Below, piece after piece: positions 1-13,359 of a stretch of 64,000 nucleotides of DNA; the stretch's first letter is position 1; each line of letters opens with the position of its first letter. The stretch comes from Chrysemys picta bellii (taxonomy: Eukaryota). A model generated the notes under the pieces. It did no database searches. It was given only the letters and a program-made list of their open reading frames with translations, and was not told the origin of the DNA. Location of the stretch: the NCBI RefSeq assembly GCF_011386835.1, contig NC_088794.1, positions 3,782,001 to 3,846,000 of the forward strand. The letters are read 5' to 3'. The position numbers and the translations under genes were made by a program.

Positions 1-1105
1 CTGTTCCTTTGGGACTCCTCCCTGTTATCTCCTGACCGGCTCTTTACAAACTCATCGGCCAGCCGGCCTGCATGTCGCGGGTTCTCTGGCTTTCTGTCCA
101 CCAACCACAGCCTCAGGTCGGATGGGCACCGCTCATACAGTTGCTCCAGTACCAGCAGTTTGATCAGGTCCTCCTTCGTCTGGGCCCCATCAGCCCACTT
201 GCTGGCGTATCCTTCCATGCGGACGGCTAGTTGCAGATATGAGATCTCAGGGGTTTTATCCTGACTCCGGAACCTTTCCCGGTACATCTCAGGAGTCAGC
301 CCAAACTCACGTAGCAGGGCCTTTTTGAATAGTTCGTAGTCCCCTTTCTCTGCCTCTTCCAGTTGGCGGTACAATGCCACGGCTTTGGGGTCCAGTAAGG
401 GGGTAAGGACCTGGAGTCTGTCCGCGGGATCAACCCGGTGCAGCTCGCAGGCCGTCTCAAAGGCCTCCAGGAAGTCATCCATGTCCTCCCCCTCCTTGTG
501 TGGGGCCAGGATGCACTTATCAAAGCTCCGTACAGTCCTGGGTCCCCCCTCACTCACCGCAGCCAGGGGTTCGCTGCCCTTCAATCTTGCCAGTTCCAGT
601 TCATGCTGACGCTGTCTCTCTTCATGCTGTCTCTGTCTCTCTTTCTCCTCCCGTTCATGCTGACGCTGTCTCTCTTGTTCACGATCCCCCAGCTCTCTCA
701 GTTTTAGCTCTTTCTCCCACTCCAGCCAATTCCGCTCCACGGATACCGAACGTCGCCGGGAGGATCCTCTGCTGGCCGGCGAGCTTCGCCGGGAGGATCC
801 CCTGCTGGCCGGGGGGGTCACGGCGCCCTCGGTATTTGCTGGGCTCCTCCCCACCCTTCCCCTAGGCATAGGAAGGAGGGGTCTCGGGAAGCCCTCAGCA
901 GCCGGCTGACCACTCCCAGCTGGGACAGACACTGGTGCCTGCGCTGCATTTGCCAGGCTGCTTCCCTGAGACACAGGGATCAGTTCATTCGCGCGATCTT
1001 CCGCCTCCAGCCGGGCAATGAGCTGTTCTTTGGTGAGCCTCCCAATGCGCAGCCCCCTCTGCTTGCACAGCTCCACCAGGTCGCTCTTAAGCCGCTTGGC
1101 ATACA
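1..1105 (-). mobile_element. Frameshifted gag of a Gmr1-like (Ty3/Gypsy) LTR retrotransposon with a SCAN-like capsid region; the element continues beyond the left edge
   Basis: Minus-strand translation starts MYAKRLKSDLVELCKQRGLRIGRLTKEQLIARLEAED. After frameshifts in a coiled-coil stretch it reads DMDDFLEAFETACELH...DYELFKKALLREFGLTPEMYRERFR...LVLEQLYERCPSDLRLWLVDRKPENPRHAGRLADEF, a SCAN/Gag-like motif. Confidence 0.8.
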
Positions 1106-1426
1106 TCTTCCTGCTGGCCACTCACCGGCCTGTGTGCTCACAGCTCCCCACAGTTCCCAGGGGGACCCCTAGTGTGCCAGCCCTTCTCGAGGTCACCACC
1201 TCTCTGCCAGGGTCGAGCTGCAGACTCCTCCGCCCCTGGGACCACTCGCTGCGATCCCCCCGGGGGACCCTGTTACCGCAAAAGTCCTTCTCGCTGGTCA
1301 CACACTCCCAGGGGTAATAACCGTCTCTCTCTCACTCTTCAGCACGCCTGGTCCCCGTCAATCCCCCTTCGTTTTACTGCTCCCCAGTCACTTACTGCAG
1401 GAAGCGCCGTCCACGGGGTGCAGTAG

Positions 1427-1444
1427 ATCCCACCTCTGCCACCA
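1427..1444 (-). other. Primer binding site (tRNA-Leu type)
   Basis: Plus-strand ATCCCACCTCTGCCACCA matches the 3' end of vertebrate tRNA-Leu(AAG/TAG) (..ATCCCACCGCTGCCACCA, recalled from memory) with 1 mismatch. It lies 2 nt from the LTR edge. Confidence 0.75.
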
Positions 1445-1446
1445 GT

Positions 1447-1908
1447 TGTCACGGAGTATTGGGGGACTCAGGGCCCTGCACCCCCAGCTTCCTGCGATTC
1501 ACCATGACTCTCAGCCAGCCAGTAAAGCAGAAGGTTTATTTGGATGACAGGAATACAGTCCAAGACAGGTCTTGCAGGCACAGACAACAGGGCCCCCCTC
1601 AGTTAGGTCCAGCTTGGGGTCCCAGGGCATCCCAGCCCACCCCCCTTTGGGGGGTCAGAGCCATCTCTGCCTCCCAGCCATCTCTCCAGCCCGCTTCCAG
1701 CACTCTGCCTTCAGCGACCCCTCCCACAGCCTTTGTTCAGTTTCCCGGGCCAAGGAGTCACCTGGCCTCCAACCCCTTCCTGGGTTCTCATGTTACACAC
1801 TCAGGTATGCGCCCTCGGGCAGATCCCATCCTGCAATGCAGACTATCCCAGCCCCACTCCCCTGTCAGCATTCACAGACCACAGTGAGAACAGGCCCAGT
1901 TCGTCACA
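1447..1908 (-). mobile_element. 5' LTR of the Gmr1-like element (462 bp)
   Basis: TGTCACG...CGTCACA termini, adjacent to the PBS. Homology to the duplicated block resumes immediately after 1908, and the paralogous site at ~8847 is empty. Confidence 0.8.
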
Positions 1909-2626
1909 GGAGCCTTTTGTTATTTTAAAGTGCTCAAATGAGAGCGGAAATCACTGCTGGTGGGGCAGTGTGTCTGCCCAGCCTGCAAAGAGCTGTCAAT
2001 CACTAAGAGACGGACCTGAAGAGGTCACAGCAGGTGGCAGCACAAGGTGACTGACAGTCAGCTGGTGGACGAGTGGCTGGCGGGGTGGCCAAAGGAGAGG
2101 AACAGCAGCTGGAAGGGCAGCCAGCCAGAGCAAGGACTCAGATGGCAGAGCAAGCAAGGGACCTTCTTCCCCGGGTGGGAGGTGAACTCACACAGATGCA
2201 CCTCTGAACCTTGGGTCCTCTCTGACCAAGGACAACCACTGTGAGTGGGGTGTGGTGAAGGCGCAAGGCGGGGTACCGTAAAGGAACTTTTGGTGGAAGA
2301 AGATGAGGCGGAAGGCACTGCCCCACGCAGTCTGGGGTGGGAGTCCTGCTCACAGCTTTATGATTATGAATCCTGCTTGGGGCATTTTCCCTAATTAATG
2401 TCGGGTGATTTCTCTCCGTTCATTAAAAGTTTCTTTTCTACACTCAGACTCTGGGCTTGCGAGAGGAGGAATATTGCCTCTCAGAGGCGCCCAGGGGTGG
2501 CGGGTAAATGTCCCAGGTCACTGGGTGGTGGCTCGAGCCGGTTCTGTGTTGTATGGTTGAAAAGGAACCCCTAGATACTGAACCCAGCCCCGGTTGCTGC
2601 CGGCTCCAACTGGCAGAAGGGTTACA
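1909..2626. mobile_element. Right part of a ~1.15 kb LTR-like element (ends GGGTTACA)
   Basis: 1910-2179 is near-identical to 8848-9117. It ends in ACA directly before the CATG of an orphan signal-type exon. Confidence 0.55.
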
Positions 2627-2627
2627 C

Positions 2628-2682
2628 ATGAGAGCACCCTGTGAGCCCATAACCATCCTTTTCCTACGACCTATGCCCCAGA
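2628..2682 (+). pseudogene. Orphan, diverged copy of the gene-3-type signal exon (MRAPCEPITILFLRPMPQ)
   Basis: Same 55-nt length and GTAAGT donor as the module exons at 17000-22060. Downstream 2683-2840 resembles gene 3 intron 1 (22061-22230). Arg/Pro interrupt the hydrophobic core. Confidence 0.7.
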
Positions 2683-3016
2683 GTAAGTGGGGGCTGGGAG
2701 CCAGGACGCCTGGGTCCTATGGGAGGGGAGTAGAGGCTAGCTGGTTGCATTCCTGGGTTCACTTGCAAGGAGAGTGGGCTCTACTAGGTTAGAGAGTGAG
2801 AGCGGGGCTGGGAGTCAGGACGCCTGGGTTCTATCCCAGCTCTGGGATGGGTGGAGCTGCCATCGGCACCTCTCATGAACTTACCTGCCTTGTGGTTTTA
2901 TGTGTTTGTGAATGTGACGTGCAGCCTGTAAATTGCAGCCGGTGACTTTGTCCTCCCGGTCTGGGTTTTGGTCCCAGCCCTCGGAGGAGCCGGCTGGAGT
3001 TGCGGTTGCCGGTATC

Positions 3017-4257
3017 ATGGTTGTTCTCAGCTGCCCGCTGGCCGCCCTGTTCCTGCTGCTGCTGCCCCTTCTGGAGGGTGAGTGCGGGGTCTGCTGGGGT
3101 CCTGACCTCGGGAATTTGCTGGGAAGAGGGATCAGATCGGAAAGGGACAGAACAGGGACTGTGGGGGTGGAGAGTGGGGGCTAGTGGTTAGAGCAGGGGT
3201 GCTGGGATCCAGGACTCCTGGGTTCTCTCCCCAGGTCTGGGAGGGGAGTGGGGTCTGGTGAGTTAGAGCAGGGGGGCTGGGATCCAGGACTCCTGGGTTC
3301 TGTCTCCAGCTCTGGGAGGGGAGTGGGGTCTGGTGGGTTAGATCGGGGGTGCTGGGATCCAGGACTCCTGGGTTCTGTCTCCAGCTCTGGGAGGAGAGTG
3401 GGGTCTGGTGGGTTAGATCAGGGTGAGCTGGGAGCCAGGACTGCTGGGTTCTCTCCACAGCTCTGGCAGGGGAATGAGGTCTGGTGAGTTGTGGGGCGGG
3501 AGCTGGGAGTCAGGACTCCTGGGTTCTGTCTCCAGCTCTGGGAAAGGAGTGGGGTCTGGTGGGTTAGATCGGGGGGGGCTGGGAGCCAGGACTCCTGGGT
3601 TCTCTCCCCAACCCTGTGAGGGGAGTGGGTTTCTGTCCCTCACACCTTCAAGCACAAGTGGACTGGAACTGTCCATGAGGAATTACTCCCTCTGCCAATA
3701 ACTTGTGGCACTCCCCGTGGGTTTCAAGAGGGAAAGGCCAGGGGTGGGGTTCTCAGCACTTACACTGGGCGGGAGGGGATGGAAGTGAGGGGTAGGGGAA
3801 AGGGGAGATGGTTTTGGGGGGCAGGGCGAGGGCCTGTGGGAAGGGTAGGTTGTAGGTGGCAAAGGAAGAGAGATGTAGGGTTCGGGGGGCAGAGAGGGGA
3901 TGGATAAGTGGGGCTGGAGTGGATGTGTGGGGCATGGGGCAGGGAATAGCTCATCAAGGTTGAGCAGGGGATTCAAAACCATAGCTGAGAGAATGGGCCC
4001 TTCCCCCATCATCCATAGGGGGCAGTTATGGGGCAGACACCCTGGATCTATGGTCTGGACTGTCTGTGGGAAATCTCAGCCAGAGAAGAAAAGCCTCTAT
4101 CAAACTATGGCCCCCTACATACCTCACTTCCTGGGGGGTCACGCCCCAGGCCAGAGAACCACCCCCACCTCATGGGAGGCATGGGGGAAGGCCATGGGGG
4201 GAAGGGTGTCAGTTGGGGTTGTGAGAGAAGAAATGTCTGGGATCTGCCTGTGGAAAT

Positions 4258-4308
<51 letters not shown>

Positions 4309-7236
4309 CGCTGCCCCCTGCTGGGGGGGTCTGGGCTGTGTGTGTTTTTCACACCTCACTCATCCATCTCTTTCTCTTCTAGGTGCTGAGGAGTTCCAGT
4401 CAAGTAAGGAATCTCGACACTTTCTGTCCCCAGCTCTGGGAGGGGAGTGGGGTCTGGTGGGTTAGAGCAGTGGGGGCTGGGAGCCAGGACTCCTGGGTTC
4501 TATTCACACCCCTCCCTACTTTTCTCCCCAGACTGTGGGCAGCCAGTGGCCTCCAGTCGTATCGTAGGAGGGCAGAATGCCCAGAATGGGGCTTGGCCCT
4601 GGCAGGCCAGCATCCGATACAATGGAGTCCACATCTGCGGAGGGTCCCTCATCACAGGGGAATGGGTGGTGTCTGCGGCTCATTGCTTCAATCGGTGAGT
4701 ACCCCAGGCTGTTCCTCAGCCCAGTTCTGGGCCTCCCTCCCGTTCCCCAGCTAGCTCTAAACTGAAACTTCCTCCAGCCCCTCCTCTGGCCTTTGTCTCT
4801 TTCCCGGGCCAGGAGGCCACCTGATCTCTTTGTTCTCCAACACCTTCAGTTGGCACCTTGCAGGAGAGGGTCCCAGGCCATCAGTTGCCAGGAGACAGGG
4901 CGTCGGCCATTCTCTGTGCAGACAGCATCACACTGGCCCTCTCGGGCTCCGCAACAATCCCTCCCTGAACCCTAGATACTTAAGAAAAGCGTAGGGGAAA
5001 CTGAGGCACCCACACAGTATTCAGTGAAAACATTAAGAACATTCCCACTTCATCACACACCTCAGCCAGGATTTGCAGTGACGCCAGGCAGCATTGTCAT
5101 ACCAGGGTACGGTTAATTAATCAATTGGACCACAGCTCTGGGAAATCCTTAGGTTGGCTCAGAGAAACCACGGTGAAGATAGAGGCCATCTGGCCAAGCC
5201 AGCGCTCCCCAGCCTGCTCTGGGCTCCATTTCAGCCGCTGTCTCTTGGGGTACGTTTACACTGCAATGAGAGACCTGTGGCACGGCTGCAGTTGGCCTGA
5301 GGCAGCTAGCCCGGGCTTGAACACTCGGCACCGCAGGGTTTTTTAGTGCAGCGTAGACATATCCGTTGAGCCTCCCCCAAACCTTGGCCAACCCTTTATC
5401 CCCCGGCTGTCAGCTCTCAGTTCTTTCTTCTCGGCTAGCTTCTGCTCAGATCCCTGCAGAGATGCAGATAGAATCCACCTTCCTCAGCTCGTTGGCTGCT
5501 AGATCTCAATCTTCTGACTATTGCGGTTTTCATCCTCTTCTCAGATTCCCCATTGACATAGGGTTGGCCTCGGCTGGGCCTGCAATGACCCGCACAGTCT
5601 GTGCCAGACAGCAATGTTGCCCCTCTCCCCCTTGTTTCTCCTGTGCTGCCCCATTGAGAGACTTAACCCTTTTACACCCAATGAGGAAACTGAGGCACAT
5701 ATAGGGTTCATAAAAATATTACAGAAAATTCCCACTTCGCCACAGGCTGTTCCCCATCTACCCCACCCCAGCGGTGGTTGCATCTCAACCCCAGGCAAGC
5801 CATCGTATGTGGTGTTATGTGCAGCTGTTCCCCAGATGCCCCACCCCAGAGGTGGCTGCATTCCTGTTCTGTGGTAGCGAATATAATAACAAACTCCTGC
5901 CCAATGTCTCCCCCTCTCCTAGGAGTCTGCCTGTCACTGATTACTCTGTTTCCCTTGGGGAATACCAGCTGCATATCCCGAGTGCAAACGCCTTCATCTC
6001 TGCTGTGTCACAGGTCATAATCCACAGCGACTACAACCCCAGCAGCTATGCCTCAGACATAGCCCTGGTGCACCTAAGAACGCCCCTTCTCTACACCGCC
6101 TACATCCTCCCCGTCTGCCTTCCTGACCGCAGCGATTCCATCGCGAATGGCACCCTGTGCTGGGTCACCGGCTGGGGGAATATCCAGACGAGTGGTAAGA
6201 CACCTGGAGGGCCTGTGTGGGGTGGGGGTCCCCCAAAGGCGACATGGGAGAACCCTTGAGCCAGGGCTCTGTCTGCTGCATGAGTCATGTCGCCATCTAG
6301 TGGCTGCAGCCCAAACCAGCAAATCAAAGCCCAACAGCTGCTGAAGAGTCGAGATCTTCCAATGGGAGACAGGATGAGGTGCTGGTTGGGGAGTGGGGTC
6401 TAGTGAGTTACAGCAGGGGGGCTGGGAGCCAGGACTCCTCATGTGCTTAAAAACTCCTGTTTTCACCTGACTTACCTAGGTGGGCCCAGATGGGGCATCT
6501 CCATCTCTGCAGGGGAACAGACAGTCAGGGACGATCCTGCCCCGGGTGGAGATGGCTGAGGTGGGCCCTGATGAGGTGTATTTTTTCTCCACAGAAAGTC
6601 TCCCTGCTCCCCACACTCTGCAGGAGGTTCAGGTCCCACTCATAGATGCCCAGACGTGCAATGACCTCTATAGTATATCCATCACAGGGTCCCCGGGGTC
6701 GCGCCCCATCAAAGACGACATGGTGTGTGCTGGCCAAACCGAAGGAGGGAAGGATTCCTGCCAGGTGAATGAATTCAGGGACATCCCAGGAGATCCAGGA
6801 GCCCATGTCTGTGATTGGAGGGGGCTGCGGGTCGGGCTTGAGGGACACCGGCAGAGCTGGTGGGGGTAGTCCCCCGGGGCTGCAGATTGGGATTACAGAG
6901 CACCGGTGTAACTGGTTCTCCATCTCTCTCTAGGGGGATTCTGGGGGACCCCTCGTTTGTTCCCAGGCTGGCTCCTGGTTCCTGATCGGCATCGTGAGCT
7001 GGGGAGAAGGCTGTGGGCTCCCCTACCGTCTCGGGGTCTATACCCGGGTCTCCGCCTACTCCGACTGGATCCAGCAGCAGCTCCCCAGTGTGGAATCCGG
7101 GGTGGTGAATGTCACCATTAGCACTCAGTCCAACGCCGGCTACACTCCAGCACCCACCCCGCTGCTTCTCGGCACCCTCCTACTAGCCAGCGCTGTCCCG
7201 GGGATGGTGCCAGCACTTTCTAAGATGCTAATTTAA
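3017..7236 (+). CDS. Gene 1: trypsin-like S1A serine protease (PRSS27/33/testisin/prostasin-like), predicted GPI-anchored, 329 aa
   Basis: Exons 3017-3077 (signal [20 protein letters not shown]), 4383-4403, 4532-4694 ([13 protein letters not shown]...AAHC), 5923-6194 (DIAL...CWVTGWG), 6595-6764 (KDSCQ), 6934-7236 (GDSGGP...SWGEGC, hydrophobic tail). All introns are GT-AG; total 990 nt in frame. Confidence 0.92.
3175..3620 (+). repeat. Tandem array of a ~75-bp tRNA/MIR-head-like unit
   Basis: Unit GGGAGCCAGGACTCCTGGGTTCT..CCAGCTCTGGGAGGGGAGTGGGGTCTRGTGGGTTAGAGCA; repeat spacing of 75 bp (e.g. 3209, 3284, 3359). Confidence 0.85.
4260..4305. repeat. (GT)n microsatellite; paralogous copy at ~10058-10114
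   Basis: Directly visible; the length differs between the two duplicated copies. Confidence 0.95.
4309..4324 (-). promoter_or_regulatory. Candidate CTCF motif
   Basis: Minus strand CCAGCAGGGGGCAGCG matches the core CCASYAGRKGGCRS. The paralogous site near 10120 has CG in place of CC. Confidence 0.35.
5248..5364. mobile_element. MITE with GGGTAYGTCTACACTGC-type TIRs (Harbinger-like); degraded paralogue at ~11149-11263
   Basis: GGGTACGTTTACACTGC ... TGCAGCGTAGACATATCC imperfect inverted termini. Confidence 0.5.
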
Positions 7237-7329
7237 CAATTAGCCCTGCCATGGAAAAGACAAGCCATCAGAATTACAACCCATGATTATAGGGCTGGGA
7301 GGGGAGTGGGATCTAGCGGGTTAGTGATT

Positions 7330-8412
7330 GGGGGAGGACTGGGTGTCAGGACTCCTGGGTTCTATCCCTGGCTCGCCAAAGATTCCCTGTGTGACCTTGA
7401 GCAAGTCCCAGGTCTCTCTGAATCTCCGTTTCCCTAGATGCAAAAGGGAGAATAAACTTGCCTTTGTCTGTTTAGAAAGTGAGCCCAATGGGGCACTGAT
7501 CTCAGTTATAATCTGTGCAGCACCTGGCACAAAGGATTCCATGTTTAGGTATCATAAGTCCTACAATACAGAGAATACTAGTAATAAAAGATATGTCTGT
7601 CTGTCTCAATTGCATCTGTCTATCTAGACTGTATATGCCTGGCTGTGTAGTTTGCCTTGTCTGTCTGACAAGATTGTTTCTGCCCCTCTGTCTAAATTGT
7701 GCCTGTCTAGGTTGTCTGTCTCTTAATGTGTTGCATAAAACCATGTGTCTCTATTGTGTCTGTCTGTTGGTTTAGATTGTGTCTATCTAGATAGTGTCTG
7801 CCTGTACCATCACCATTTGTCTATATAGTGTCTGTCTGTCTAGGACAGGTCTATCTCTCATTACCCACAATAATAAAAAGTAAATAACCCCAAGAATACT
7901 GTGAATTTCCTTGGGCTGTTCTATCCTTGGTCATTTACACAACAAAGACAACACAAAGGACCCGCACACCCCTGAGGTACACACACTGACACCCTGGAGT
8001 TTAGCCACACACACACACACACACGCAGACGCACACAGCAGAACCAGGTGAGTCCCCTTGGGAAGGCTTCCTGGCCATTTCAGGAGACATCACCCCATTC
8101 CGCACAAGCCAGCGGCATCAAGTTGTGGAAACACAAGGGGGAGGTGTCAACTGCACGGGACCCAGGGAAGGACCGAGGGGCCAATAAGGCTGTGACAGGG
8201 GGCAGGCTGGATACAGGGAGAGTGAAAACGGGTCGGGGTGGAGGCCCAAGAAGCGGTTTCCCTAGAAGGGGGAGAAGAGGGAGGCAATGGGGGGACTGGC
8301 TGGGCGACATTCCCAGGCCAGGCAGACAGCTGACACCGGGGATTGGGGTCACTGGGGCAGCTCACCAACCCCCTAGTCCCCTGCGGAAGCCAAGCTGGGA
8401 GCTACTGTGCCA
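7330..8412 (+). repeat. Dispersed copy (module A) of the promoter/first-exon module, truncated at the ATG
   Basis: Colinear with modules at 15902-22060 (MIR part, TCTG-rich part, CA tract, ...AAGCTGGGAGCTACTGTGCCATG), then switches abruptly to an LTR-like sequence. Confidence 0.85.
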
Positions 8413-9117
8413 TGTATAAGCAGGGTCTGAAAGAGCTCTCCCCTGACAGCTGGGAGGAGGAGAGACTTGAGGAGTAAATTGTATTGACGTGACCACACCT
8501 ACTCTGCCAAGATATCCAGCAGACAGGAGCTGTGTTGCTCAAAGTGATCAACTATGGCTGATGTTGGGATAGAAATCACTTTAGTACTGAATGCAGGGAT
8601 AGTGACATGTTATCAATGTTGTTGCCTTTATTGTACGAATAAAGGTGAGCAGAACTGTGCTTAACCTGTCCCAAATGAGGGGGTCACCCTCTGCTGAAAG
8701 GACCTCGTTAAGCCAGGGGCTCGAATGCCCGAGCCCTGTGAAAGTAAAAGGGGTGGGCACAGGTGTCTTTGCTAGGAGGTGCAGTTTCTCCCTCAGAGTT
8801 CTCAGTCTAGTTGAACCTGTTCCTCCTGACTGTTCAAAGTTCACTAAGAGCCTTTTGTTATTTTAAAGTGCTCAAATGAGAGCGGAAATCACTGCTGGTG
8901 GGGCAGTGTGTCTGCCCAGCCTGCAAAGAGCTGTCAATCACTAAGAGACGGACCTGAAGAGGTCACAGCAGGTGGCAGCACAAGGTGACTGACAGTCAGC
9001 TGGTGGACGAGTGGCTGGCGGGGTGGCCAAAGGAGAGGAACAGCAGCTGGAAGGGCAGCCAGCCAGAGCAAGGACTCAGATGGCAGAGCAAGCAAGGTAC
9101 CTTCTTCCCCGGGTGGG
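8413..9117. mobile_element. Left part of the ~1.15 kb LTR-like element (starts TGTATAAG), right end deleted
   Basis: Begins at the module ATG; overlaps 1910-2179 at a constant offset of 6938; joined to the 75-bp array at 9117. Confidence 0.55.
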
Positions 9118-9370
9118 TTCTGACTCCTGGGTTCTGTCTCCAGCTCTGGGAGGGGAGTGGGGTCTGGTGGGTTAGTTCGGGGGGGCTGGGAGCCAGGACT
9201 CCTGGGTTCTGTCTCCAGCTCTGGCAGGGGAATGAGGTCTGGTGAGTTGGGGGGCGGGAGCTGGAAGTCAGGACTCCTGGGTTCTGTCTCCAGCTCTGGG
9301 AAAGGAGTGGGGTCTGGTGAATTAGAGCAGGGGGGACTGGGAGCCAGGACTCCTGGGTTCTCTCCCCAAC
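9118..9370 (+). repeat. 75-bp tRNA/MIR-head tandem array (paralogue of 3363-3620)
   Basis: Unit-by-unit match to the distal part of the gene 1 intron-1 array. Confidence 0.85.
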
Positions 9371-10056
9371 CCTGTGAGGGGAGTGGGTTTCTGTCCCTCA
9401 CACCTTCAAGCACAAGTGGACTGGAACTGTCCATGAGGAATTACTCCCTCTGCCAATAACTTGTGGCACTCCCTGCTGGAGGACTCTGCCCTCTGTGGGT
9501 TTCAAGAGGGAAAGGCCAGGGGTGGGGTTCTCAGCACTTACACTGGGCGGGAGGGGATGGAAGTGAGGGGTAGGGGAAAGGGGAGATGGTTTTGGGGGGC
9601 AGGGCGAGGGCCTGTGGGAAGGGTAGGTTGTAGGTGGCAAAGGAAGAGAGATGTAGGGTTCGGGGGGCAGAGAGGGGATGGATAAGTGGGGCTGGGGTGG
9701 ATGTGTGGGGCATGGGGCAGGGAATAGCTCATTGAGGTTGAGCAGGGGATGCTCAGCCATGGCTGAGAGAATGGGCCCTTCCCCCATCATCCATAGGGGG
9801 CAGTTATGGGGCAGACACCCTGGATCTGTGGTCTGGGCTGTTTGTGGGGAATCTCAGCCAGAGGAGAAAATCCTGTATCAAATTATGTCCCCCTACATAC
9901 CTCACTTCCTATGGGGATCACACTCCATGCCAGAGAACGACCCCCACCCCATGGGAGGGGGTCAGGCACCCATGGGAGGCATGAGGGCAGGTCATGGGGG
10001 GAAGGGGCGAGGTGGGGTTGTGAGAGGAGAAATTTCTGGGATCTGCCTGTGGAAAT

Positions 10057-10117
<61 letters not shown>

Positions 10118-10191
10118 AGCTGCCCCCTGCTGCGGGGGTCTGGGCTGTGTGTGTTTTTCACACCTCACTCATCCATCTCTTTCTCTTCTAG

Positions 10192-13196
<3,005 letters not shown>

Positions 13197-13359
13197 GCTG
13201 CGAATTTAACACCAGCCCTGCAATGGAAGAGACGGGGCATGATTATGGGGCTGCGGGGGGGAGTGGGGTCTAATGGGTTCGCACATGGGGAGCTGGGTGC
13301 CAGGACTCCTGGGTTCTCTCCCCAGCTCTGGCAGGGGAGGCAGTTTTAGTGAGTTAGAG

